Assembly: GCF_006345805.1 (NCBI RefSeq)
Contig: NC_043013.1
Span: 16,554,001 to 16,618,000, forward strand
Length of the DNA: 64,000 nt
From: Octopus sinensis
Taxonomy: Eukaryota
Reading direction: 5' to 3'
In this document: positions 44,051 to 57,145 of the stretch, in pieces
How the letters are laid out: each line of letters opens with the position of its first letter
Position numbering within the stretch: position 1 is the stretch's first letter
Position numbers and translations under genes: made by a program
The notes under the pieces: generated by a model
The model's input: only the letters and a program-made list of their open reading frames with translations
Databases searched by the model: none
What the model was told of the DNA's origin: nothing

Positions 44051-44270
44051 TCTCCTATATAATATCCGTTCTGTCTGTGTGTGTGTCTTCTAGGATCTTG
44101 GGCATCCTCCATCCAATTGTGCTCAAATTTGATATGTAGATACTGACAGTATCAGGGCATGTATAAGTCTTGAAAAAATTACAAAAATCGACTCCAGGTG
44201 AGAATGCAACTGATAAAGCTGTGGGAACATGCATTAATATGTGCAAGTACATCAGCTGTTGCAATCGATA
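44051..44270 (+). mobile_element. Helitron-like 5' fragment
   Basis: A|TCTCCTATATAATATCCGTTCTGTCTGTGTG start. A homologous reversed piece lies at about 33905-33995. No clear 3' CTAG end was found. Confidence 0.45.
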
Positions 44271-44892
44271 CTATGCATACGTGAGAAAAATGCATGTGCA
44301 GTTTGCGCAAAAAAAGCTGGCTGGCTTGAAATAATGCCACAAGATGGGACAGTTGGACAAGTTGTTTTGAGAAAATTTGGTTTAAATGTTTGACAACTCA
44401 GCACCGTCCATTGGACGGGGGGGGGGGCCGTTTTGCTCGTGTATATATATATATATATATATGCCAGAACCCTCTGACTGGCCCCCGTGCTGGTGGCATG
44501 TAAAAAGCACTATCTGAACGTGATCGATGCCAGTCCTGCCTGACTGGCCCCTGTGCCAATGGCACATAAAAAGCACTGACTACACTCTCAGAGTGGTTGG
44601 CGTTAGGAAGGGAATCCAGCTGTAGAAATATTGCCAGATCAGATTGGAGCATGGTGCAGCCGCTGGCTCTCCAGACCTCAGTCAAACAGTCCAACCCATG
44701 CAGACGTTAAATGATGATGATGATGATGATGATGAAATTCATCAGTTTTCTCCATCTTATATCTTTATATTCTCCTTTTTTTCTTTTCTCATGTTATCTT
44801 CTATATGGTTTTTGTTATAACAAACTCAGGAGTTTTTTTATGAAAACAACTGGATTATTTGAATCCATATTTAATGACATATATACACACAT

Positions 44893-45195
44893 GTGGAGGC
44901 GCAATGGCCCAGTGGTTAGGGCAGCGGACTCGCGGTCGGAGGATCGCGGTTTCGATTCCCAGACCGGGTGTTGTGTGTGTTTATTGAGCGAAAACACCTA
45001 AAGCTCCACGAGGCTCCGGCAGGGGTTGGTGGCAATCCCTGCTGTACTCTTTCGCCGCAACTTTCTCTCACTCTTTCTTCTGTTGGCCTGCTCGCTTAGC
45101 CAGCGGGGTGGCGTCATTTGAAAGCTAAAACATTGTGAGGCGCATTGTGACCAGCGATGTGTAACAACATCTGATAGCCTGGTCGGTCACGTGAT
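44893..45195 (+). mobile_element. SINE family C (tail type 2)
   Basis: GGAGGCGCAATGGCCCAGTGGTTAGGGCAGCGGAC...GGTTTCGATTCC head, shared body, distinct tail ending GGTCGGTCACGTGA. Confidence 0.85.
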
Positions 45196-46519
45196 CTACA
45201 CACATACACACACACACACACACTTATATATATATATGTATATATACATATATACATGTATACATACATATCTATGTATGCATATATATGAGTGTGTGTG
45301 AGTGTGTTTAATATTTATTTAGATATATTCAGAATGTACTGTACTATTTGATGGGAATCTACCTGCTATTTTTAGCAAGCCGAGTAACTATGTAAAGATA
45401 TGTTGTGAACAATAGAGGATTAAGAATGTTGTTAGCAGTTCTTGGTGATAATTTCTAGGTCATTCTACTCTCATTTTGCTGACCGCTTTGATGTGTGGAT
45501 GTCTCTTTATGGCTGTTACTTGTATCAGAGATGGCCATGTGTGTAAGTCTGTATGTATGTATGTGTGTGTGTGTTATGGATTCTTAGACGGCTCTGTGTG
45601 TGTTTGTGTGTGTGTGTGTGTGTGTGCATATTTATGTGTTTGTATATACAGGTGTTCACATGCGTTTCGAAGTATATGCGTTTGTCCTTGTATGTATATG
45701 TCCTTGTGTATGTGTGCATATGTATATCTCTACATGTTTGTGTGTATAGGTGTTTGTGTGTGGTGTTGAGCTTGGGTGTCCCTGGGAGTAACGATGTGTG
45801 CATGCATGTATTTGCTTTGTACAGTGAGACATAAGTGCATGTGTGTGTTTGTGTGTGTGTATCTGTGTACGTATGTGTGCGTGTATGTGTGCATGTGTAA
45901 GAAAGCAAGATAGGAAGGGAGAGAGAGTGAGGGAGTGTAAGCAGGAAAAAAAAAGATTCATCAGAAGGGTGGAGGTGGGAGAACTTGGAATAGAGAGAGA
46001 GAGAAGAGAGAATGAGAAAGAGGGAGAAGAAAAAGAAGAGGGGGATGGGAGTTTTGTGTTGAAAGAAAGAACAAGGACAAAACAAACAAATATACAAAAG
46101 AAATACTTCAGCAAAGAGCAACAAATACAATATAAATAAACAGACAGACAGGCAGGCAGACAGGTAGGAAGGTAGATAGATAGATAGATAGATAGATACA
46201 TACATACATACATACATACATACATACATACATACATACATACATACATGCATGCATAGATACATACATAGACACTCATATGCACACGCAGCAAATAGAT
46301 ATACCTAGGTAGCTAGGCAGAAAGAGAGACAGACACATGGAGAGAGTGAGTGAGAGAGAGAATATACAGGTGTATTGTGTGTGTGCGTGTTTGTGTGTAT
46401 GTGAGTGTATGTGTGTGTCAGTGTATTTGTGCCTTGGTGAACCCCACCTCACTTTTGTATCAACTCCATATATTTGTGGGAGTGTCCAGAGAAACAGATA
46501 TCAACTATAATACACACAT

Positions 46520-46587
<68 letters not shown>

Positions 46588-46688
46588 CACCTGTATAAAT
46601 ATACCTGCATGTTGTTCCTTCTTCACCTGCCTTTGCTTTTTTCTTTTCTGTAAATTTGAACTATATATATATACATATATATATATAC

Positions 46689-46738
<50 letters not shown>

Positions 46739-46831
46739 GTATAAATATTATAAATATATATATTATAAACACATATATGATATGATATATATATATGTGT
46801 GTGTGTGTGTGTATGTATATATATGTGTATA

Positions 46832-46869
<38 letters not shown>

Positions 46870-47257
46870 GATCCTCAACAATACAACCCTAGACTTTCGT
46901 ACCTACGCACTTATCAAACTAGTTATCAGCCAAAAAGAAAAAAAGGCGCTTCCGAGTCGTTTTGCTTCTTATACATACATAATACGTACATACACACACA
47001 CATACGCACATACATACATACATACATACATACATACATACATACATACATACATACACATATACGCACATACATACACATACATACATGCATACATTCA
47101 TTCATACATACATACATACATACATACATGCATACATACATACGTACATACACACATACAAACGTACGTACGTACATACATACATACATGCATACATATA
47201 TATATATATGTACATACATAAAATAAATTGCGTACCATTACTTCACGTTGATGTGTG

Positions 47258-47296
<39 letters not shown>

Positions 47297-47676
47297 ATGT
47301 ATGTATGTATGTATGTATGTATGTATGTATGTATGTATGTATGTATGCATGTATGTATGCATGTATGTATGTATGTATGTATGTATGTAAGTATGTATGT
47401 ATGCATGTATGTATGCATGTATGTATGCATGTATGTATGTATGTATGTATGTATGTATGTATGTATGTATGTATGTATGTTTGTATGTATGAATGTATGT
47501 ATGTATGTATGTATGTATGTATGTATGTATGTATGTATGTATCTACGTAAGACTACAGTGGGTGTTTTTTTTTCAAAGAACGAAAAGTATTTCAAGTACT
47601 CGAAAGTTCAAGTCAACTTGATCAACCCAAAAAATAGCTGAATATTATATATTATCATATCCATACACACTCACAC

Positions 47677-47770
<94 letters not shown>

Positions 47771-47846
47771 ACACACGGCATACAGAAATTCACGTGTATA
47801 TTTACACCAATATTTGTACATGTTCGTATATGTGCGTTTATATTAT

Positions 47847-47879
<33 letters not shown>

Positions 47880-47904
47880 CAGACAGACATATATAAATAT
47901 ACAT

Positions 47905-47951
<47 letters not shown>

Positions 47952-48430
47952 TGTACACACATATACACTTAAATACATACTATACATATTATATAAATGT
48001 AGGTTCACACCACAATGTTTTGCTTTATAAGCTTCTAAACTACTTCGCAGGTAGCTTTCAGGACGATAATAAAAAACAAGCAAAAACTAAAGTTAATTGT
48101 ATTCGTAATTATAAATATTATTATCGTTATTATAGGGGTAATATTGATAATGATAATTATTTAGGAAATAAAAATAAGCAATCCAGTTAATTATAATTCA
48201 CGATACCTTGTTGAAACTGTCCAGTTGCTGTTGGTGGCTGTCTTAGTAAGCAACCTGTCATAGCTCAGGTAATGTTACTAACTTATACAGGTAAGCCGAA
48301 ATAATTGTGTGAAGTGTGGAGGGTGGGCTAGCGCAGGTGTTGAGGTGGGGCAGCGAAGATAGAGGTCACTCAGCTACACCGTGTCACTGGAGTCTTTGGC
48401 TTTCAGCATATATATATAGGTGTGAGTGTA

Positions 48431-48474
<44 letters not shown>

Positions 48475-48513
48475 TGTGTATGCGTGTGTGTATAAAAGCA
48501 CACACACACAAAC

Positions 48514-48589
<76 letters not shown>

Positions 48590-48854
48590 GACGGGCTTCT
48601 TTCAGTTTCCGTCTACCAAATCCACTCACAAGGCTTTAGCAGGAGACATTTGTCCAAGGTGCCGCGCAGTGGGACTGAACCGAGAACCATGTGGTTGGTA
48701 AGCAAGCTACTTACCGCACACCCACTCCTATCCATTCGTATATAATATCTGTATATAATACATATATATGCATGTGTGTAATTGTATGTGTGCACGTGTG
48801 TGTGTGCAAGTTTGTTTGTGTGTGTACATGTGTATTTATATGTGTGTGTATATA

Positions 48855-48918
<64 letters not shown>

Positions 48919-48966
48919 TATATACACACACACATATATATATTTATATATATATACACACATATG

Positions 48967-48997
<31 letters not shown>

Positions 48998-49202
48998 ATG
49001 TATATACTCTTTACTCTTTACTCTTTTACTTGTTTCAGTCATTTGACTGCGGCCATGCTGGAGCACCGCCTTTAATCGAGCAACTCGACCCCGGGACTTA
49101 TTCTTTTGTAAGCCCAGTACTTATTCTATCGGTCTCTTTTGCCGAACCGCTAAGTAATCATCATCATCATCATCATCATCGTTTGACGTCCGTTTTCCGC
49201 GC

Positions 49203-49261
<59 letters not shown>

Positions 49262-49619
49262 GCGCACATGTATGTATGCTTATATACATGTAAATATACT
49301 TATTTACATGTATTTACGTCCTCTTTTCATGTTGGTACGGGTTGGACGGTTTGACATGGCGCTGGCTAGCAGGGAACTGTCCAGACTCCAAGAGTTTGTT
49401 GTAATATTGTTTCTGCGGCTGGATGCCCTTCCTAACGCCAACCACTCAACAGAGCGTGCTGGGTACTTTTTACGTACCGCCGGCACGGGTGCTTTTTAAG
49501 TGACACCGACACCCGAAACGTAAAACAACTACATTGCTTGTGCTACATTGTCCTCTTTTTATTTTGTTTTTGTTTTTTTCAGTTTTTCTCTATTTTTTTG
49601 ATTAACTATTTACTGCACT

Positions 49620-49890
49620 CTCACACGGACCCGTCGTCCATCCCACGGTTTTGGAGTACCTAATTCTTGGATTTCTCTCTACCATTGGATTACGTCATCT
49701 TATTCAGTCCATCGCAGGAAGTGAGAGTGAGAGAAAGTTGGGGCGAAAGAGTACAACAGGGGTCTCCACCACCCCCTGCCGGAGCCTTGTAGAGCTTTAG
49801 GTGTTTTTGCTCAATAAACACACAACGCCCGGTCTGGGAATCGAAACCGCGAGTGCGCTGCCCCCACCACTGAGCCATTGCGCCTCCGCA
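49620..49890 (-). mobile_element. SINE family C (tail type 3)
   Basis: Same head and body in reverse, with tail TGCGATGGACTGAATAAGATGACG... Confidence 0.75.
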
Positions 49891-50222
49891 TATGTATGAA
49901 TATGATAAAATAAAGCTATACAAGTCAACAACTGATATTTGGTCAGATAATGACATTTATATATTTAAACATTAACACAATATGAAAGTAGAATTAAATG
50001 AGAGTAGAATTGTGTTTAGATGTCAGGATGTTGATAAAAGATCGACAAAAGATCAGTCGAGGAATTTTCATAATGGCTTTGGTTTTTGCTGATGTTCTCC
50101 CGAAACAGTTATAAGGTAAGTCGGATATTAGACAGTGGGTAAAGCAGGTCATCGTGCGTTAAATCCACAGCTGGATCTCATCACGCTTTTGATTCTGTCT
50201 ACGATGACCAGCTTTGCCTTTT

Positions 50223-50261
<39 letters not shown>

Positions 50262-50539
50262 ATGTATGTAAATATATTCTCTCTCTTTCTCTCTTTTTGT
50301 ATGTATGTGTATATATAAATGGATGGGTGAATGTACTTATGTATATATCTATGTATGTATATGTTTGTGCACGCACGTGTGCATTATATATCAATATCGG
50401 AACCAGTTCCTCATGCGCTCTCAAGAACATTGGACTGCAAGTTGATGCCATTGGTGTCTGTTGGCTGCATTTTTTTTTTTTTTACTAAATTTGATATTGG
50501 TCTTTTTCATGGTTGGTTACGAATGTTCTGTGCCACGTA

Positions 50540-51480
50540 ATTTTTGGTCATCCTCTCTTTTCCCCTCCAGTAGTGTCCATTTGAAAGTCGTTTTAGCTCG
50601 GTTGCTGTTCTTCAAGCCGGAGTATGTGTCCAGCTAGTTTTAGTCTTCTTTCTGTGATGATTTCACTCAGTTGTCTTGTGTTGACTCTCTTTAGAATATC
50701 TTCGTTGGTTGCGTAATCTTGCCAGTTCGTGCTCAGAATCCTTCTCAAACGTCTTTCATGAAACACACCTAGCTTTCTGTCGATTTTCAGTGTGCTTTTC
50801 TATGTCCCATTAGCATAGAGAACTGTTGGTAGAACTAAGCTATTACAGAGTCGGATCTTGGTGTGTAAGCTGGTGGTGGTGTTGGAGGAGCAGATAGTGT
50901 GCTTTCTCTAGAATACCTATTTCTTTACTACCCACAAGGGGCTGAACACAGAGGGGACAAACAAGGACAGACAAACGGATTAAGTCGATTATACCAACTC
51001 CAGTGAGTAACTGGTACTTATTTCATCGACCCCGAAAGGATGAAAGGATGAAAGGCAAAGTCGACCTCAAAGTTGAACTCAGAATGTAACCGCAGACGAA
51101 ATACCGCTAAGCATTTCGTTGGGCGTGCTAACGTTTCTGCCAGCTCGTCGCCCTTTCTCTAGAATACAATTGCAGTTTTTGCCACTTCCATCACTGACAT
51201 TAGCCTCAATATCGCTATTGTTACTGATGAAGCGACCCAGATATGTTAATCTGTCTACTGTATCGATATTTTGGTGATTGATCTTTATGATCGATGTTGT
51301 CCGACGTCGTTATTTGTATTGTTCATTGTCTCGGTCTTCACACTGATTCTCTGACCAATCTTTCAAGTATTCTGTTCTGGCCCTGATGAGAGCTTTGTAG
51401 GTTTTTATCAACTTTTATCAAAGTCCTGGTCTTTCAGTTTTGTCTATTGTTTCCATGGTATTCCTCCACTGAGTATGCTT
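50540..51480 (-). mobile_element. Old RTE LINE RT fragment split by a SINE-A insertion (50917-51153, minus strand)
   Basis: VDRLTYLGRFIS, TKIRLCNSLVLPTVLYA, VFHERRLRRIL..NWQD..TNEDIL and RRLKLAGHILR. A 14-bp TSD TTTCTCTAGAATAC lies at 50903-50916 and 51154-51167. Confidence 0.82.
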
Positions 51481-52025
51481 GCCGTTTTCCGAGCAAGGGT
51501 CAATTTAAAAGATATGTTAACCCTTGCTTGGTTTGTTCCATCATCTTTTTCACAGTAATCACAAACCGGATGTATTTGTTCATCTCATAGAGAGCAGTCG
51601 CCATAGAGAACAGTCGCCATAGAGATCAGTCACCATGTTTCATTCCATAACAGCTATCTGAAGAATGCAGAGTTACATAATTGGGCTGTTATTTAATCTC
51701 TGTTGGAATCCCCAGCGCAAAACCGATTGTTTAAATCGGCCGTAATGGATTTATAATACCATACACTTCAACTCTATTAACAGATATGTGAGTGCATATT
51801 TTTTTCTGACTTATGGATTCTTAGATGGCTGCTCGCGCGCGCGTGTGTGTATAATTGTAAGATCCAAGGATGCAGTGTAGGGAGTTTGTAAACCTCGAGC
51901 AGTTCGTGGTAGGTATAAAAAAAAACAACGTTCAGGAACAATAATAGTTTACATGACTTTTCCCGCATCGAAGTTTTATAAGCTGAAAAAAATTATGTCT
52001 AGCTCACGATTAGCAACGCGAATAT

Positions 52026-52172
52026 AAATCCAGACTGAGGATGTGGAACAAGTAAACTCCAGTTTATATGTGTTTCCTAGCTAGCACATCCTCTGATATA
52101 ATAATTACTCAACGTTGAGTAATTATTACTTCACAAGATCTGCTAGCTAGGAAACATGTGTAGCCTGGATTT
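52026..52172. repeat. Nested imperfect inverted repeat (MITE-like) with a perfect 30-bp central palindrome
   Basis: TAATAATTACTCAAC|GTTGAGTAATTATTA (52099-52128), flanked by GTTTCCTAGCTAGCA/TGCTAGCTAGGAAAC and AAATCCAG/CTGGATTT. Confidence 0.75.
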
Positions 52173-52195
52173 TACCTTTTCCACTTGCTCAATTT

Positions 52196-52232
<37 letters not shown>

Positions 52233-52320
52233 AAATCCAAAAAGGAACACAAAAATACAACAACGTGTGGGCGTGGTACATGTAATGTGTTAGCAGACGT
52301 TCAGGAAAGGAAGAAAGCTG

Positions 52321-52356
52321 ATTTAACGTTTCGAGCAGACGCCCTTCTTCGGAAAC
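52321..52356 (-). ncRNA. Minimal hammerhead-like motif within a Penelope-type repeat (~52220-52440)
   Basis: The minus strand reads GTTT-CCGAAGA-A-GGGC(GTCT)GCTC-GAA-ACGT-T-AAAT. Flanks are homologous to 12440-12660. Confidence 0.5.
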
Positions 52357-54223
52357 AGAGAAAAGTCCAATAGAAAGGAAGACGGAAGAAGAAAATTACC
52401 AACGGCTCACATGTGGTTACATTTCGAAATGACCGGAAGGGAATGAGTGAAGAAAAAGTTCTTTCTAAAACAGGAGAGTGTAAGAGAAGAAGGTATATGT
52501 GAGCATGTGCGTGCATGCAGGTCAGTGGGTAATACCATGTGTGTGGGCGTATGTGTGTGTATGTGTTGTGTGTGTGTGTGTGTATGGTTTTGGCTGTTTA
52601 TATGTGTATGTGTGAATGAAATTTGTATCGCTTGCTGGCGTAGGAAGAATATATTTGTAGGAGTGGCTGTCTTTTGTGTAGCGTGTTTTTTCACATGTGC
52701 GTAGGGGAATGGTCAGTAGAAAGGTGTTTCACAAGCAGTTTGAAGTGTGTGTGTGTGTGTGTGTGTGTGCGTGTGTATGTGTGTGTGAACGAGGGTTGTG
52801 TGTTGAGGTATATGTGGGTTTTTCGTGCGTGTATGCGCGTGCGTGTATGCGCGTGCGTGTATGCGCGTGCGTGTGTGTGTGTGTGTATGTGCGTGTAGTT
52901 GTGTGTACGTGTGTGTGTATGTGTATGTAGGTGTGTGGGTTTGTGTGTGTTAGATATGTGTGCATTCCTGTGCGTGTGTGTATTGAAACTCCCACCCCCA
53001 CCCGAGAGGAGGAATAGAAGAGTCGCTTTTGGTGAGATTTGAACCCAGAACGTGAAGTCGTCTAACACCTAGATAGCGCATACCACAACCAGCATCACTA
53101 CCGCCGCCACCAATAACAACAATAACAATACCATTGTCAACTACAGCATCGATATCACGATCAACACAAACACCACCACCACCACCACCAACACTATCAA
53201 CAACAATACTAGTACCCCCCAACACCACTAGCAACGCCACTACCACCGCAACCACCACCAACACTCTTACCAACACTGACACTATCACCGCAACCACCAC
53301 CAACAACACCAAAACACAGGGGCCTCTAACTGGCTTTAGTATGTGGTTTGTGGGGCCGACCGCGTCCTCCGCTTCATTTTTTTTTGTAAATCACTCATTC
53401 TCATTTAATTGTATATATCTTAATTGTTTGTCTATTCATACGTTTTTTCTCATTCGATACCCTGACCCCAATGTTTGTTTTGTCTGTCCTTGTATCGTCC
53501 CCTCTTTTTTCTCAACCTCATGGTTAATAAAGAAATTAACTGGTCGCACAACCTGCTTAAATAACAACTAAAATTCCTAACGCCACACCTTACTCTATTA
53601 AACAAAGAAGTGCACTTAGTTAAATGCAGTCCTAGGTTATACACTCCGGATATAAGACGAGTCGGTCACGGATGGAATGCCATTGGTCAAAGATTAATCA
53701 GACTCGAGGATTAAAGCTGCCTTATGGATTGCTGTTATTTCTAACAGACCGAAAAATCCCATTGGCGCTCTCACTGCTTGTAGGTAAGAGGAGGTGAAGG
53801 AAGAGGATGAACTACAGAGAAAGAGAGAGACCTTCACCTTACTACTTTACTACATAAAGTTTTATATGAAGTTTTCAGTAGTACCAGCCACCACCATCGC
53901 CGCACTTTTGAACTACTTTATGGCTCACATTGCACACAACCTCTACTACCACCACCACCTCTTCCCACTAGCTACTCAACAAGTGGCTCTGAATGTGGGT
54001 GTTAGACTGGCTAGAAATAACAGTCAAATTTCTCTCAAATTATATTTTGTCTACTGTCTTCGAATGGACAGATACTGGATAATGCAGGCCTAACAATATA
54101 TGTAAAACTCCGCAAAAGATCGGTGGAACGGTCATGACTGAAGCGCTTTTTATCTAAATATTTGTCAGCTCAATCAGAGATGACATTGAGGGTTAAAACA
54201 ACATTAACGACATTATAATAATC

Positions 54224-54454
54224 GGTACTACTTAAGAAGAGTGGTCCCGGTGCGCGCATCCGCGCTAGCTAGTCGTGACTAGTCGATCCTTACTTTGTGT
54301 TTTTGTTTTATTTACCTTGTGTAAAAAAAATTTTATTTTGTGTTTTATTTACATTGCGAGGTAGTCGTTGTAGGATCGACTAGTCACGACTAGCTAGCGC
54401 GGATGCGCGAGAACGCGAGTGCGCGCACCGGAACCACTCTTCTTAAATAGTACC
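54224..54454. mobile_element. MITE with GC/CpG-rich ~70-85-bp TIRs and T-rich spacer; related single arm at 56181-56263
   Basis: GGTACTACTTAAGAAGAGTGG...GTCGATCCT is inverted as AGGATCGAC...CCACTCTTCTTAAATAGTACC. No clean TSD was found. Confidence 0.7.
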
Positions 54455-55073
54455 AGGATAATAATCTTTGTATTACTGCCGACATCCCTACCACTACTAC
54501 TACTACTACTACTACCACCACCTCCATCATTTCTACCACTACTACATCTACAACTACCACTACCGCTACTACTACAACTATTACCACTGCAACTATTACT
54601 ACTAACACTAACACTATCACTACCACCGCTGCCTCAACAATTCAAAATTAATTTTAAAATCTGTGATGGAGACTGAATAGATCCTTACTCTTGTCGCCAC
54701 CACTACCACCAGCTTCACCACAGCCGCCTCAACACCCCCACCCCACAACCACCACCACCACCACCATCATAACAACCGCCGCCGCCACAAAACCCACACA
54801 CAGACAACCTATTATTTACTACAACCACACACAACCACGTCCCCCTCACCCTCCGTAATCATACAACTACCACCACCACCACAGAATACGTCACCACCAC
54901 CACCAATAGTAGTAGTAGTAGTAGTGGTGGTAGTAGTATACTGACACAGAGTTCTTGATGTTTACTTAAGTATCTCACTGACCTACACGGTTCTCATGTC
55001 AAAGCCACCTGCATTTGATATTTAACCCCGAGTCGCTGGTCCACAAGTGTTGTTTAAGGGTACAGATTATCTA

Positions 55074-55919
55074 TTCTTTACTCTTTTACTTGTTTCAGTC
55101 ATTTGACTGCGGCTATGCTGGAGCACAGCCTTTAGTCGAGCAAATCGACCCGGGACTTATTCTTTGTAAGCCCAGTACTTATTCTATCAGCCTCCTTTTG
55201 CCGAACCGCTAAGTGACGGGGACGTAAACACACCAGCATCGGTTGTCAAGCAATGCTAGGGGGACAAACACAGACACAGACACATACATATATATATACA
55301 TATACATATATACGACAGGCTTCTTTCAGTTTCCGTCTACCAAATCCACTCACAAGGCATTGGTCGGCCCGGGGCTATAGCAGAAGACACTTGCCCAAGA
55401 TGCCACGCAGTGGGACTGAACCCGAAACCATGTGGTTGTTTAGCAAGCTACTTACCACACAGCCACTCCTGCGCCTATCTACCTTGGATAATTATTTATT
55501 TGTATATATATAGGCGCAGGAGTGGCTGTGTGGTAAGTAGCTTGTTTACCAACCATATGGTTCCGGGTTCAGTCCCACTGCGTGGCACCTTGGGCAAGTG
55601 TCTTCTACTATAGCCTCGGGCCGACCAAAGCCTTGTGAGTGGATTTGGTAGACGGAAACTGAAAGAAGCCCGTCGTATATATGTATATATATGTATGCGT
55701 GTCTATGTTTGTGTGTCTGTGTTTGTCCCCCTAGCATTGCTTGACAGCCGATGCTGGTGCGTTTATGTCCCCGTTACTTAGCGGTTCGGCAAAAAGAGAC
55801 CGATAGAAAAAGTAGTGGGCTTACAAAAGAATAAGTCCCGGGGTCGAGTTGCTCGATTAGATGTGGTGCTCCAGCATGGCCGCAGTCAAATGACTGAAAC
55901 AAGTAAAAGAGTAAAGAGT
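55074..55919. mobile_element. Head-to-head inverted pair of young SINE-B copies (55074-55478 minus; 55510-55919 plus), 31-bp spacer
   Basis: Both copies are near full length with CpGs retained. Confidence 0.88.
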
Positions 55920-56371
55920 ATATAACGCGTTTATAAATGGATCGAAACGCGGAGTGGATAAAACAGGGGACAACTGATGAAGGGAATGTTCTTTATGTTG
56001 CCCGTCTCCTTTCTCTGTTTCTTTCGTTGTTCCCCCAAAAAGTTCGTTTTCTATGTTTTTGTTTTTTATGTTCTCGTTTCTCGTTTTGTCGACGTTTTTT
56101 TTTTGTTTTTGTCCTGTACCCATATATACATGTATATATACATATATATGTAGGTATATACATATATGTATGTATATATGGGTACTAGTCGTGGAGACTG
56201 GACCCGGTGCGCGCACACTCGCATCCGCGCATCCGCGCTAGCCAGTCGTAGGTAGTCGATCCTGCAGCGACTTGCGTATGCAAATGAGCTGATTGGCGCA
56301 ACACTGCAAAAACTAAGTTAATAGCGAGCTCCTACTGAAGCTTAGGAAATATTTTTCAACGATATACGGTG

Positions 56372-56523
<152 letters not shown>

Positions 56524-56815
56524 CATACATACATACATACATACATACATACATACAAGTATAACCAGCCAAAATTGCAAAGATAGTCTGGAACTCGACT
56601 GAGGAAAGAAAACTCCGAATGACCAATCATTATTTTCTTTGTATCGTCTATCTGTTTTCCTGTCCCATTTTTGTATCACCTAACTGTCTGGATGTTTTGC
56701 GTTCATAAGTGGTTTGGTCTTACGGCGTATCTTCAGACTCCAAGCATTGCTGGCCTAAAGCCTTTTTAAAATATGGAGGGGGAAATGCCTCTCTATAAAA
56801 GTAAACATCAGGTGA

Positions 56816-57085
56816 TTAACTCGAGTCTTTTAGGATTCTCAAGCGTTCGGCAATGCATAACTTGCAACGTTTCGTCCCCTTGATATAGGGGCTTGAGTTC
56901 TCGAGCATTTTCCATGCGATCGAGTATGTCATCCCTTCGTCTCTTAATTGCCAGATATATCTGGCCAGAGATGTCGCGTATCTTCTTTCTGGCACTCTGA
57001 AGGTTGGCGAATGATTGGAAAGACGCTGTTTGAAAGAAATCCCAGTGCATCCCACGTAATTCTGTAGGCGCGTGATGTCGGTGCA
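56816..57085 (-). mobile_element. Penelope-like GIY-YIG endonuclease C-terminal fragment
   Basis: NYVGCTGISFKQRLSNH..TF...RYATSLARYIWQLRD...YSIAWKML...PY..G.KRCKLCIAER, the YIG.T...FK.R..NH...LS..IW.L...W.I...C.LC..E pattern. Confidence 0.8.
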
Positions 57086-57087
57086 CC

Positions 57088-57105
57088 TGTTGTTGTTGTA
57101 GGTGC

Positions 57106-57145
<40 letters not shown>

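Noticed and set aside
55925-56125. GAAAC...CTGATGA motifs here and at 27880-27950(-) as a permuted hammerhead
   Set aside because: The two loci are homologous repeats, but no valid NUH triplet or consistent stems I/III could be built. They are kept only as a probable Penelope-related repeat.
56705-56740. CTGAAGA motif downstream of the GIY-YIG fragment as a hammerhead
   Set aside because: The GAAA half-core and stem II are not recoverable.
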